Positions 1-8,955 of a DNA stretch of 64,000 bases are shown here, in pieces. Position numbers and translations under genes: made by a program. Source of the stretch: an uncultured Gammaproteobacteria bacterium (lineage in GTDB: Bacteria; Pseudomonadota; Gammaproteobacteria; Pseudomonadales; Azotimanducaceae); NCBI GenBank assembly GCA_913064685.1, contig CAJYAE010000012.1:943-64942 (forward strand), in the 5' to 3' direction. The first letter of the stretch is position 1. Every line of letters starts with the position of its first letter. The notes under the pieces were generated by a model that was not told where the DNA came from, did not search any database, and saw only the letters and a list, made by a program, of their open reading frames with translations.

Positions 1-200
1 TGTGTACAAAAAGCGAGCCCTAACCCCTCCTCGGCCAGCGCTTTTAGCGCGCCACCGTAGCGGGTCATTTCACCTCCGGGCGGCTCAATCTTAATTACCT
101 TGGCGCCGAGCAAAGCCAACTGATACGTGCAATAAGGGCCAGCGAAAACCTGAGTTAAATCGATGACGGTGATACCGGCTAGAGGTGCTGGACGGCTCAT
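1..200 (-). CDS. CoA-transferase family III (CaiB/BaiF), N-terminal part; gene runs off the left edge
   Basis: Not in the ORF track because it is truncated by the window. The reverse complement from ATG (200-198) reads [44 protein letters not shown]..., the typical CaiB/BaiF N-terminus. A paralogue lies at 45091-46311. Confidence 0.8.
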   Translation of the reverse strand, partial: MSRPAPLAGITVIDLTQVFAGPYCTYQLALLGAKVIKIEPPGGEMTRYGGALKALAEEGLGLAFCT

Positions 201-323
201 AGCTGATCCTTAACTACGAAATTTCACAACAAACTAGATCATAGCCGAGGCAACCTGCAACAGGCATGGCGAGCAGTTGGGCTTTCGTGGTTGAATGCTG
301 GCCCGCAATCACAAGGAATCCGC

Positions 324-1088
324 ATGGCCGCACCCGCGTTAGACAATCAAGTTGCTCTGGTCACCGGCGGTTCTGGCGACATAGGCGGCGCAATTGCACG
401 GCGGCTTGCAGATGCCGGCGCCGAAGTCATCATTACTTATGTTGGCGCACAAGACAGTGCCGAAGCTATTGTCAGTGATATTCAACAGGCTGGCGGACAA
501 GCGCATTGCCGACAATTGGATCAACGCGACCCTGCGGCCATTGAGGCCCTGATGACCGAAATCGGCGAGCATTGGCAACGCTTGGATATCCTCGTGAACA
601 ACGCCGCGTGGAATATCGGCATTCCCTTTCCCAATCTCGACGAACTCACCGCGGACATCTGGGATCGCGTACTGGAAACCAACCTTAGAGGTCCCTTTCT
701 GCTCGCAAGAGCCGGCGCAAAATTACTGCAAGCCGGCACCGGCGGACACATCGTTAACATTTCATCCGCTGGCGGCATTAGTCCCGGCAGCAGCAGTATT
801 GCTTATTCCTCAAGCAAGGCTGGCCTAAACCATTTAACCCGCTGCCTTGCTGTCGCCATGGCACCTAAGGTCGCTGTCAACTGCATCGCACCAGGGCTGG
901 TTGAAAATACCCGAATGGCGCAGCGTCTGCCCGACAACGTCGCTGCCGGAGCACGCCGACAGGCGGTGCTAGGCGTTGTTGGTCAAACCGACGACATTGC
1001 GGAGCAAACCCTTGCCTTTGTCACCAGTCAATCTGTTTCAGGCCAGACCATTGTAATTGACGGCGGTATGCCAGGAGCGATGCGCTAA
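324..1088 (+). CDS. Short-chain dehydrogenase/reductase (FabG-like)
   Basis: Contains VALVTGGSGDIGGAIA (TGxxxGxG) and YSSSK (YxxxK). I chose ATG 324, preceded by AAGGAA, over the track's TTG at 291. Confidence 0.85.
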   Translation: MAAPALDNQVALVTGGSGDIGGAIARRLADAGAEVIITYVGAQDSAEAIVSDIQQAGGQAHCRQLDQRDPAAIEALMTEIGEHWQRLDILVNNAAWNIGIPFPNLDELTADIWDRVLETNLRGPFLLARAGAKLLQAGTGGHIVNISSAGGISPGSSSIAYSSSKAGLNHLTRCLAVAMAPKVAVNCIAPGLVENTRMAQRLPDNVAAGARRQAVLGVVGQTDDIAEQTLAFVTSQSVSGQTIVIDGGMPGAMR

Positions 1089-1090
1089 CC

Positions 1091-1990
1091 ATGAATACAA
1101 CCCCGGATCGTCCCACCGCACAGATACCACAAGCACAAAGCAGTCATATTGATCTATCGCTGACCGAACTGATGCGGGTCAACCCGACGGAAAAACCCGA
1201 TGTATTTGTCGCTAAAACCGAGACTTATGGACCTGTTGGTATTTATGGTGGGCACTTCCTAGGTCAGGCTATGGCCGCCGGACTTGCCACCGTCGAAGCG
1301 TCCAAGTTGGCGCATTCCTACCATGGGTACTTTTTACGCGCGGGCGATCCAGCGCTGCCACTGCATTACGAAGTCACACGACTACGCGAAAGCCGCCACG
1401 GCGACACCCGCGCCATTACTGCCGTTCAAGGTGAACACAAAGTCTTTCACATGCTCGCATCATTCAAGACCGCCGAAACCGGTGATGAGCATCAACTCCA
1501 AGCGCCGATTGTCGAAGCGCCTGAAGCGGTAATCGCCGCGCGCGAAGCTAAGGGCGAAGCGCCGTTTCCCTTCCCAGTTGTACAAGCCGGGCGAGTCCAG
1601 ATGGAGTGGGCGTCACCATCGTTTTTTGAATTTGATCGCAACGACAAGCCGGCCCTGCGTCTATGGATGCGCGTTGCGCCTCCGAGTACATCGCTTACTC
1701 CACGCGAGCGTCAAATTGTGATGGCCTACCTTTCCGACGGACCGCTGATGTTTAACTCAGTGCTGCCGCATGGGGTCCCGTTCCAGAGCCATCGGCTCAC
1801 CAGTCTTGATCAAAGCGCTTGGTTTCATCGCGATGCCGACCCATTTGAGTGGATGATTTTCGATCAACGCAGCACCGCCGCTACAGCCGGTCGTGGTATG
1901 AACGAGGGACAGATCTATAGCCAAGATGGCCGGCTACTCATGACCTGTGCCCAAGAATCGATGCTGCGAACCATAGTGCAAAAGCCCTAG
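1091..1990 (+). CDS. Acyl-CoA thioesterase II (TesB-like, double hot-dog)
   Basis: 299 aa with YGGHFLGQAMAAG and an overall TesB-like layout. It starts 3 nt after the SDR stop. Confidence 0.75.
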   Translation: MNTTPDRPTAQIPQAQSSHIDLSLTELMRVNPTEKPDVFVAKTETYGPVGIYGGHFLGQAMAAGLATVEASKLAHSYHGYFLRAGDPALPLHYEVTRLRESRHGDTRAITAVQGEHKVFHMLASFKTAETGDEHQLQAPIVEAPEAVIAAREAKGEAPFPFPVVQAGRVQMEWASPSFFEFDRNDKPALRLWMRVAPPSTSLTPRERQIVMAYLSDGPLMFNSVLPHGVPFQSHRLTSLDQSAWFHRDADPFEWMIFDQRSTAATAGRGMNEGQIYSQDGRLLMTCAQESMLRTIVQKP

Positions 1991-2058
1991 CAGCGCAGAG
2001 TGGCTGGCGCTCGCGCAAATTTGTATGATGCCAGCTCCCATAGGGTTTCGAGATATAC

Positions 2059-2634
2059 ATGCTAAATGAACTGTTGCTGAACTTGGCCCACTGGTTCGAC
2101 AGGCAAAGCTGGAGCACCAGTATCCATGAGTCCATTTATCTTTACTCGTGGATAGAGACAACTCATGTGCTTACGCTGATGGTTTTTCTCGGCATGCTCT
2201 GCGTGATTGATCTGCGCATGCTCGGCGCGATATTCCCCAACGTGCCCGCCTCTACCATCGCCCAACGCTTGGATAAGCCGATGATGATCGGATTCGCAGT
2301 TATGCTGATTACAGGCTTCTTGCTCTATTACGCCATCCCAGTTCGCACGACTCAGAGTCTCTGGTTTCGGATAAAAGTCGTCTTGTTAATAGCAGCCGGG
2401 GTCAATGCCTTCCTTTTTCGCGCCAAAATGCAGGCATCCAGCGAAACTTGGGATCTAGACCCAATACCGCCTAAGCGAATTCGTATTGGCGCAGCGCTGT
2501 CTCTGGCATTGTGGGCTGGAGTAGTCATTACCGGCCGTACAATTGCTTATGATTGGTTCGACTGCCATAAACAATTGCCCTATTTCATGTATTGGGTCGT
2601 TGGCTGCGTCGACGAAATGGCCGCTTTACAGTAA
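2059..2634 (+). CDS. Polytopic membrane protein, unknown function (paralogue A)
   Basis: 191 aa with about 4 hydrophobic helices. It shares ...HxLxxxxxxGxxxxxDLRMLG... with the next ORF. Confidence 0.6.
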   Translation: MLNELLLNLAHWFDRQSWSTSIHESIYLYSWIETTHVLTLMVFLGMLCVIDLRMLGAIFPNVPASTIAQRLDKPMMIGFAVMLITGFLLYYAIPVRTTQSLWFRIKVVLLIAAGVNAFLFRAKMQASSETWDLDPIPPKRIRIGAALSLALWAGVVITGRTIAYDWFDCHKQLPYFMYWVVGCVDEMAALQ

Positions 2635-2659
2635 CGCTGTGTAGCGCAAGGATAAGCCC

Positions 2660-3136
2660 ATGGATTTATATCCCTTTTTTGATTGGTTGGACACCTCGCT
2701 GCTGGCAGACATTTCTAAAGCCTATGGCGGAGTTTTTGCTGTGGTGCAAATGCTCCATTTATTGGGCATTTCAATGCTTGGTGGCATGGTTTTAGTCGGG
2801 GACCTACGCCTACTAAACATTGTCATGAAAGATATTCCATCTGAAGTCGTTATTGAGAACACCCACAAGTGGTTCAATGTGGCACTGGTCATGATTATTA
2901 TCAGCGGGATTTTTATGAGTTCCGCCGTAGCGTTGAAGCTGTATTACAACACGATGTTCTGGGCCAAAATGACCAGCCTCACTGCAGGCGTGGTATTCGT
3001 TTACGCCGTACGACGCCCATTACTCAAATTTGATCACGCTTCAATAAAACCAATAACTCTTCGAATGATCGCCATTACTTCAATTTCAATCTGGTTTACC
3101 GTTGCCGCTTCGGGCCGTTGGATTGGATTCTCCTAG
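2660..3136 (+). CDS. Polytopic membrane protein, unknown function (paralogue B)
   Basis: 158 aa with the same helix pattern and a GDLRLLN motif matching IDLRMLG of the upstream ORF. Confidence 0.6.
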   Translation: MDLYPFFDWLDTSLLADISKAYGGVFAVVQMLHLLGISMLGGMVLVGDLRLLNIVMKDIPSEVVIENTHKWFNVALVMIIISGIFMSSAVALKLYYNTMFWAKMTSLTAGVVFVYAVRRPLLKFDHASIKPITLRMIAITSISIWFTVAASGRWIGFS

Positions 3137-3148
3137 AGGCTTACCCAT

Positions 3149-3274
3149 ATGAAGAAGGAAACCTTGGAAAAAGCGGCGCTTGGCTTTGCCGTGGTGGCGT
3201 TAGTCAGCATTGGCTGGTTCTGGTCCGTGCAGATCGGTTGGGTCATCGAGACTTTGGAAATGGCCTACGGCTAG
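3149..3274 (+). CDS. Possible 41-aa single-TM peptide
   Basis: Below the track cutoff. ATG 3149 to TAG 3272-3274 reads MKKETLEKAALGFAVVALVSIGWFWSVQIGWVIETLEMAYG. GAGG lies 9 nt upstream, and the ORF starts 12 nt after the preceding stop. Confidence 0.35.
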   Translation: MKKETLEKAALGFAVVALVSIGWFWSVQIGWVIETLEMAYG

Positions 3275-3346
3275 CCCATTCCGTTCAATAACCTCTACGC
3301 TGCTGCAAGTATGTATACTGCGGCCTGAATCTGCAGGAGGGGTTTC

Positions 3347-4810
3347 TTGCACCCACTAGATCTCGTAGTCATTGCCAGCTACGTTGTACTGATTGTAGTC
3401 GTCGGCCTCAGAGTCGCACGGAATGTTAAAGACGCACGCGACTTTTTCCTCGCTGGACGCTCCCTGACATGGTGGGTCATTGGCCTTTCTATCATCGGTT
3501 CGAATATCGACACCAATAGCTATGTGGGGGCCTCGGGGAACGCGTATACCATCGGCATTGCCCAAGCGAATTTCGAATGGATTGGCGCTATTCCAGCGAT
3601 GATCTTAGCCTCGTTGATCTTCATTCCGTTGTATTGGCGCGCCGGAGTATATTCGATACCTGAATACTTAGGATTACGCTACAACCAATCTGTGCGAGTG
3701 GTAACAGCGCTTATTACCAGCTTATTTGCAGTATTTGCCATGGGCGTAGGCATGTGGGCATTAGCTTTGGTATTAGAAACCTACCTTGGCTGGCCGATAT
3801 GGATGAGTATCCTAATTTCGGGCGCCATTGTTGGGCTGTATTCTATTACCGGTGGACTCGCAGCCGTGGCCTTCACCGACGCATTACAGGTCAGCATCAT
3901 GTTTATCTGCGGCCTTATTATTGTCGGATTGGGGATCTCCGAACTAGGTGGCTTCACCAACTTCGCCGCGGAACTGACCCGAGACAACCCCAACCATCTA
4001 TCCGTTTACTTGCCCGCGGATCACCCGCAGTCGCCTTGGCCTGGTGTCATCCTAGGACTTGGAATCGTGCTTTCGCCGGCTTACTGGATTGCCAGCCAAG
4101 CTATTTTGCAGCGCACCCTCGGCGCCAAGAGTCAGTGGGATGCCAGCGCATCAATGATGTTTGCCGCATTCGCCAAAACCTTTGTACCCTTGCTCATTAT
4201 CTTTCCAGGTTTGTTGGCGCTGGTGCTGAATGCGCCGATAGATCAAGGCGACAAGGCACTGCCCTGGGTCATCAAAAATGTGCTGCCCCCAGGTTTGTCA
4301 GGACTGATGTTTGTAGCGGTTATTGCGGCGTTGCAATCATCCTTGGATTCAAGCATCAACGCTACGTCACTGATGGTGACCCGAGACATCCGGCACGTGT
4401 TATTCAAGCAGCACGATCCCGCCCGTGACCTCGCTGTCGGTCGCGGGATCTCACTGGTTCTGCTGCTATCCGCCATGGCTATCGCACCATTTATCAGCGA
4501 TCTCGGCGGCATATTCATATTTCTCCAAACTGGTTTATCGCTGTTCCAAGGGCCCATGTTGGCGCTGCTATTGATGGGCGCCCTATCACAACGCGCAACC
4601 CCTCAGGCTGGACTATGGACACTGATCAGCGGCGTTGGGCTGGCCGCAGCCTTGCAATTTACCACTCTAAATTTTTATTACGTTGCGTTCTTGAGCTTCT
4701 GTTATTCCATGACCGCTCTATGGCTGCTGAGCCATGTCACCCCAGGCTTAACTGAAGACGAACTGACAAGGCTTACCTATCGACCCTTTACGCGGCGGAG
4801 CAGTTCATGA
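3347..4810 (+). CDS. Sodium:solute symporter family (SSF) transporter
   Basis: 487 aa with about 13 TM helices and SSF-like N-terminal helices. TTG start at 3347 with a strong GGAGGGG Shine-Dalgarno 5 nt upstream. Confidence 0.85.
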   Translation: MHPLDLVVIASYVVLIVVVGLRVARNVKDARDFFLAGRSLTWWVIGLSIIGSNIDTNSYVGASGNAYTIGIAQANFEWIGAIPAMILASLIFIPLYWRAGVYSIPEYLGLRYNQSVRVVTALITSLFAVFAMGVGMWALALVLETYLGWPIWMSILISGAIVGLYSITGGLAAVAFTDALQVSIMFICGLIIVGLGISELGGFTNFAAELTRDNPNHLSVYLPADHPQSPWPGVILGLGIVLSPAYWIASQAILQRTLGAKSQWDASASMMFAAFAKTFVPLLIIFPGLLALVLNAPIDQGDKALPWVIKNVLPPGLSGLMFVAVIAALQSSLDSSINATSLMVTRDIRHVLFKQHDPARDLAVGRGISLVLLLSAMAIAPFISDLGGIFIFLQTGLSLFQGPMLALLLMGALSQRATPQAGLWTLISGVGLAAALQFTTLNFYYVAFLSFCYSMTALWLLSHVTPGLTEDELTRLTYRPFTRRSSS

Positions 4811-5010
4811 TTGAGTGGCTGCAAAGCTTACCCGCCGAATGGGGCAACTATATTTCTATGCTGCTGTTTTGCAGCTTGGGCGCCATGGTATGGCTGATCC
4901 CCATAAAAGCCATCACAGCAGATCTAGAGTCACCCGCAAAGTGGCAGGACATTCGCTGGTGGGCCACCGTCCTCATTGCCCTGCAGTTGTGTATCTATAT
5001 CGCGTTTTAA
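4807..5010 (+). CDS. Small 2-TM membrane protein translationally coupled to the SSF transporter
   Basis: 67 aa. Its ATG (4807) overlaps the transporter's TGA (4808-4810) as ATGA. Two hydrophobic segments. Confidence 0.5.
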   Translation: MIEWLQSLPAEWGNYISMLLFCSLGAMVWLIPIKAITADLESPAKWQDIRWWATVLIALQLCIYIAF

Positions 5011-5015
5011 CTCTC
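4997..5015. repeat. Direct repeat copy 1 (ATATCGCGTTTTAACTCTC)
   Basis: Exact 19-mer, repeated at 5451-5469. It includes the TAA stop of the 67-aa ORF. Confidence 0.95.
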
Positions 5016-5181
5016 TCCAGAAAAGGAGTTCATGGATCGCATTGGAATGCACTTATACCATTGGGCTCTAGAGCAACTTGGGGCAGTCATCGCGGTTAAT
5101 TTAAAACTCCCACCATTCTTTCTTAAGGAAGAATCCTGAGATAACACCCACTATTAATGAATTTATTTAAGAATTGCACTT

Positions 5182-5442
5182 ATGGATAAACAAATTGCAA
5201 AACAAATAGCAGAAGATAAATTAAACGAGATAATCTCTGGCGAAAAATCAGAGATTATCGGTCTTTTAGTAGAATCTGAGAGTGAGTTCGTAAATAAAGA
5301 TGGAGTTGAATATCAAGTAAAGCGGGACGCTTTTTATGATGATAAAGAGAAGAAAATAATAAGAGTTTGTGTATCCGTAGACGACCAGAAATTCTGGTCG
5401 ACTGTACTTCCTCTATGTAGAAGCGAACTAGTAAATGAATAA
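5182..5442 (+). CDS. Hypothetical acidic 86-aa protein inside an AT-rich insert
   Basis: The only long ORF in a strongly AT-rich block. Glu/Asp/Lys-rich, no family recognised and no obvious SD. Confidence 0.45.
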   Translation: MDKQIAKQIAEDKLNEIISGEKSEIIGLLVESESEFVNKDGVEYQVKRDAFYDDKEKKIIRVCVSVDDQKFWSTVLPLCRSELVNE

Positions 5443-5450
5443 AATATGCG

Positions 5451-5469
5451 ATATCGCGTTTTAACTCTC
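5451..5469. repeat. Direct repeat copy 2 (ATATCGCGTTTTAACTCTC)
   Basis: Identical at 19/19 positions to 4997-5015, offset 454 nt. Confidence 0.95.
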
Positions 5470-5499
5470 ACGCCCTGTTTAGAGATTCTGCCCTCCCGG

Positions 5500-6126
5500 T
5501 TAGGCGACGAACCCAGTTCGAGAGGTCACTCGTTCATGCCAAGCCCACAGACTTGCAAGTGCAGCATCCGGTTTTAGACCGACCAGCGCCCCAGCGAAGT
5601 CCACGGCTATCGCCGCGGTGATATCCACCATGGTGTAGCGATCGCCCGCCAGATAGTCACGCTGGGCCAGTTCATCATTCATTCGTCGGTAATACGCATG
5701 CGTTAGACCGTCGCTACGCTGTTTAGCGGCTTCAATGGGTTCCACCAAACCCATCTTGGCGACGATTGGCCCATTCACCCAAGAAGTGCCAATCTGCGAC
5801 ATCAACTCCAATTCAATCTGGCGATGTACCATTTCAACCTGCGCAATTTCTCGGGCATTTTCCCCAAATAAATTGGGCGCCGGATAAAGCGACTCCAGAT
5901 ACCGACAGATTGCGATCGATTCGCCAATACAGGTGCCGTCATCAAGTTCTAATACCGGAATCTTACCGCTTGGGTTTTTCTGCATGAACTCCGGCGTTTT
6001 GTGCTCGCGCTTAGTCATATCTACAGTTACGTAGTCCAGCTCAATGTGTTTTTCTGCGGCAACTACCCTCACCCTTCTTGGATTTGGGGCGTTAGGAAAA
6101 TCGTAAAGTTTCATTTTACCGCTCAT
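5500..6126 (-). CDS. Glutathione S-transferase
   Basis: 208 aa. KLYDFPNAPNPRRVR...GKIPVLELDDGTCIGESIAICRYLE is a thioredoxin-like GST N-domain with the cis-Pro and ES motif. Confidence 0.85.
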   Translation of the reverse strand: MSGKMKLYDFPNAPNPRRVRVVAAEKHIELDYVTVDMTKREHKTPEFMQKNPSGKIPVLELDDGTCIGESIAICRYLESLYPAPNLFGENAREIAQVEMVHRQIELELMSQIGTSWVNGPIVAKMGLVEPIEAAKQRSDGLTHAYYRRMNDELAQRDYLAGDRYTMVDITAAIAVDFAGALVGLKPDAALASLWAWHERVTSRTGFVA

Positions 6127-6229
6127 AGGTTAGGCTCGGAGTTTAAAGGCCGACGACTATAGCTTGATTAGCCTAAACTTTGATAACGATGCCCCGTCAA
6201 ATCAACACTGAATATTGATAGTAAAAACT

Positions 6230-6739
6230 ATGACCTGCATCTCTCTTATTGGCATGCCTGCGGTTGGTAAAAGTACCGTTGGCGTACTCTTAGCTAAGGC
6301 CCTGGGCTACGATTTCATGGATACTGACCTGCTGATCCAAGTCAAAGCCCAACGCACCCTAGCGCAAATTCTCGCCCAAGACGGATTCTTAGCGCTGCGA
6401 GAAATCGAAGCCGATGTGATCGCCACTGTTCAGTGCAGTCGCACGGTCATCGCAACCGGGGGTAGCGCCGTCTATGCCGAAAGCGGGATGGCCCATTTAC
6501 GCAATCTAGGCCCAGCCGTCTACTTACGCGCAAGTGTCAATGTTCTGCAACAGCGAATTGGCGACCTTAATACTAGGGGAGTTGCAGCCGAGGCCAACGC
6601 CACCCTCGATTCGATTCTGGCTGAGCGCATCCCCTTATACGAGGAATGTGCCGACCTCACCGTCGATGCAGACCAGAGCATACAGACCGTCTTGACTAAT
6701 TTACTTCACGCACTATCCATTCATACCGGATCGGCCTAG
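6230..6739 (+). CDS. Shikimate kinase
   Basis: ISLIGMPAVGKSTVG is a Walker A motif, followed by DTD and GGSAV. ATG 6230 gives a normal N-terminus; the track starts at TTG 6215. Confidence 0.8.
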   Translation: MTCISLIGMPAVGKSTVGVLLAKALGYDFMDTDLLIQVKAQRTLAQILAQDGFLALREIEADVIATVQCSRTVIATGGSAVYAESGMAHLRNLGPAVYLRASVNVLQQRIGDLNTRGVAAEANATLDSILAERIPLYEECADLTVDADQSIQTVLTNLLHALSIHTGSA

Positions 6740-6942
6740 CAGCGAGCTTTAACTAAGCATTAACAAAAAGCGGTTGCGCTGACCCAAGTACCGACCATAG
6801 CAATTGCATCGACACAGGGTTCAGTCCGTCCGACGCGAACCCGACCGAGCAAGAACCGTTTCATGTACTATCAATGCCTATATCGAGCTTGAAGGCATCA
6901 ATAAGCGCCGCTTTGCTATCGCCGGAAATAATTACCAAGATC

Positions 6943-8682
6943 ATGACACCCAGACCAGAATACCCGCGCCCTATCTTACAACGCCACAACTGGCTAAACC
7001 TCAATGGGCAATGGTCATTCGCTACAGATCCACACAATGTCGGGGTGCGCGAACAGTGGTGGCAACGTACCGAATGGACCCAGACCATTACCGTACCCTT
7101 TTGCCCGAATAGTGCGGCGTCCGGCGTGACCGTTGACTCAGACATGAGCACTGTGTGGTACCAGCGAGTCTTTACAGTTCCCGATTGGGGCGCGGAGGAA
7201 ATCGCGCTAAATATCGGAGCCTGCGATTACGACACGTGGATTTATATTAACGGCCATCAAGTCGGCCAGCATCGCGGCGGCTATACACCCATCCATATTG
7301 CCATCGGTGACTATCTGCAACCGGGCAACAACACAATTACAGTGCGCGCAGCGGATTCCGATTCTTGGCAACAACCCCGGGGCAAACAGGCAGGCACGAC
7401 GCGCTGGCCAATCGACTATGATTCCGTGATTGGGATTTGGCAAAGCGTTTGGTTAGAGCCGGTCGATCCCGTGCACCTGCTAAACATCGGTAGCCACTAT
7501 GCAATCGACGCGCACGAGTTACAGTTAACTTGCGAACTCAGCAACACCTTTGCAGGCCAGTTAGCGGTGACACTCAAAAGTAATGAGACCGTCCTGTGTA
7601 AGGCCCAGGCCAGCGGTCAGGGACGCAGCGAAATTCGCCTCAAGCTGCCAGTCGAAAACCCTAAGCTTTGGTCCCCCGAAACGCCCCATCTTTACTCACT
7701 AGAACTGCAACTGGTCGATGAAAACAACCGCCTCATAGATCAAGTGACGAGCTACGCAGGGCTGCGCGAACTCACCATAACTAACGGGCAACATTGCTTA
7801 AACGGCAAACCTCTATTTTTGCGGGGAATACTAGACCAGGGTTATTTTCCCGGAGGTTGGTACAGCCCGGAGAGCGACCAAGCAATCAAGCAGGACATTG
7901 AATTAACCAAAGCCATGGGCTTTAACTTTGCCCGGAAACATCAGAAAGCCGAAGACCCACGCTACCTTTACTGGGCAGATAAAATGGGGTTGCTGGTGTG
8001 GGCAGAAATGCCCTCCGGCAGAATATTCTCCACAGAGTTAATCACTTCGCTTACTGCCCAGTGGTTGGACCTAGTGCGCAGAGATCGTGGCCATCCATGT
8101 GTAATCGGGTGGGTCCCCTTCAACGAATCGTGGGGTGTATGGCATATTCAACAACGCCCAGAACAGCGCGCGTTAGTCGACGGACTTGTGCAGATGACCA
8201 AAGCCCTAGACTCATCACGCCCGGTGATTGGCAACGACGGCTGGGAATACAGCAGTGGCGACCTCTGGACCTTGCACCTTTATCATGACGACCAGCGCAC
8301 TCTCGATGAGCGCTTGGCAGTGCTTCTAGCTGACCCTCGCCAAGCCGTCACGGAGGGTGAGCGGCCCAGAGTCGGTGCCTTGGTCGACAGCGACCCGAGT
8401 AATTTGCCAGTAATGTTGACCGAGTGTGGAGGAGTTGGTTTCGAAACCGGCAGTGCGACCAAGGATGCGTTTGCCTACGGTGATTTACCCACCGATACCA
8501 AGGCACTCGAGCAGGAAATCCGTCAGATCATGGCCAGCATTAATGCAAGTGAAACGCTACAAGGCTTTGTCTGGACCCAGCTCACCGACGTACAACAAGA
8601 GATTAATGGCCTTCTGTACTTTGACCGTCGGCCTAAGTTGCCCCTGACGACACTGCAAGAAATTTTCGGCAAGCGCATCTAG
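6943..8682 (+). CDS. Glycoside hydrolase family 2
   Basis: IYINGHQVGQHRGGYTPI marks the GH2 sugar-binding domain. GFNFARKHQK...LLVWAEMP and WVPFNESWG mark the TIM barrel with the NE acid/base. Start taken at ATG 6943. Confidence 0.8.
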   Translation: MTPRPEYPRPILQRHNWLNLNGQWSFATDPHNVGVREQWWQRTEWTQTITVPFCPNSAASGVTVDSDMSTVWYQRVFTVPDWGAEEIALNIGACDYDTWIYINGHQVGQHRGGYTPIHIAIGDYLQPGNNTITVRAADSDSWQQPRGKQAGTTRWPIDYDSVIGIWQSVWLEPVDPVHLLNIGSHYAIDAHELQLTCELSNTFAGQLAVTLKSNETVLCKAQASGQGRSEIRLKLPVENPKLWSPETPHLYSLELQLVDENNRLIDQVTSYAGLRELTITNGQHCLNGKPLFLRGILDQGYFPGGWYSPESDQAIKQDIELTKAMGFNFARKHQKAEDPRYLYWADKMGLLVWAEMPSGRIFSTELITSLTAQWLDLVRRDRGHPCVIGWVPFNESWGVWHIQQRPEQRALVDGLVQMTKALDSSRPVIGNDGWEYSSGDLWTLHLYHDDQRTLDERLAVLLADPRQAVTEGERPRVGALVDSDPSNLPVMLTECGGVGFETGSATKDAFAYGDLPTDTKALEQEIRQIMASINASETLQGFVWTQLTDVQQEINGLLYFDRRPKLPLTTLQEIFGKRI

Positions 8683-8955
8683 CGGCTGATGCGTTATCGC
8701 GCGCGGCATAACGTAGATAAAACAAACCTACCTCGTTGCCGTTATGTAAATAGAGGCGCAAACAAATAGGCTACGAAAATACCTATCGCCAGAAAACTGG
8801 CGCGATCGAGAGAGGGGCGCAGAACACTCATGCCGCTACACTAGTGTCTGGGCTCACCAATGAAAAAGATCAAAAGGCACTATCGTTATGTACATCGGAT
8901 GACGTCGCGCGGGGCCAAGGAGAGCGCATCTTAGGCATCGCTCAAACCAGTCGAA

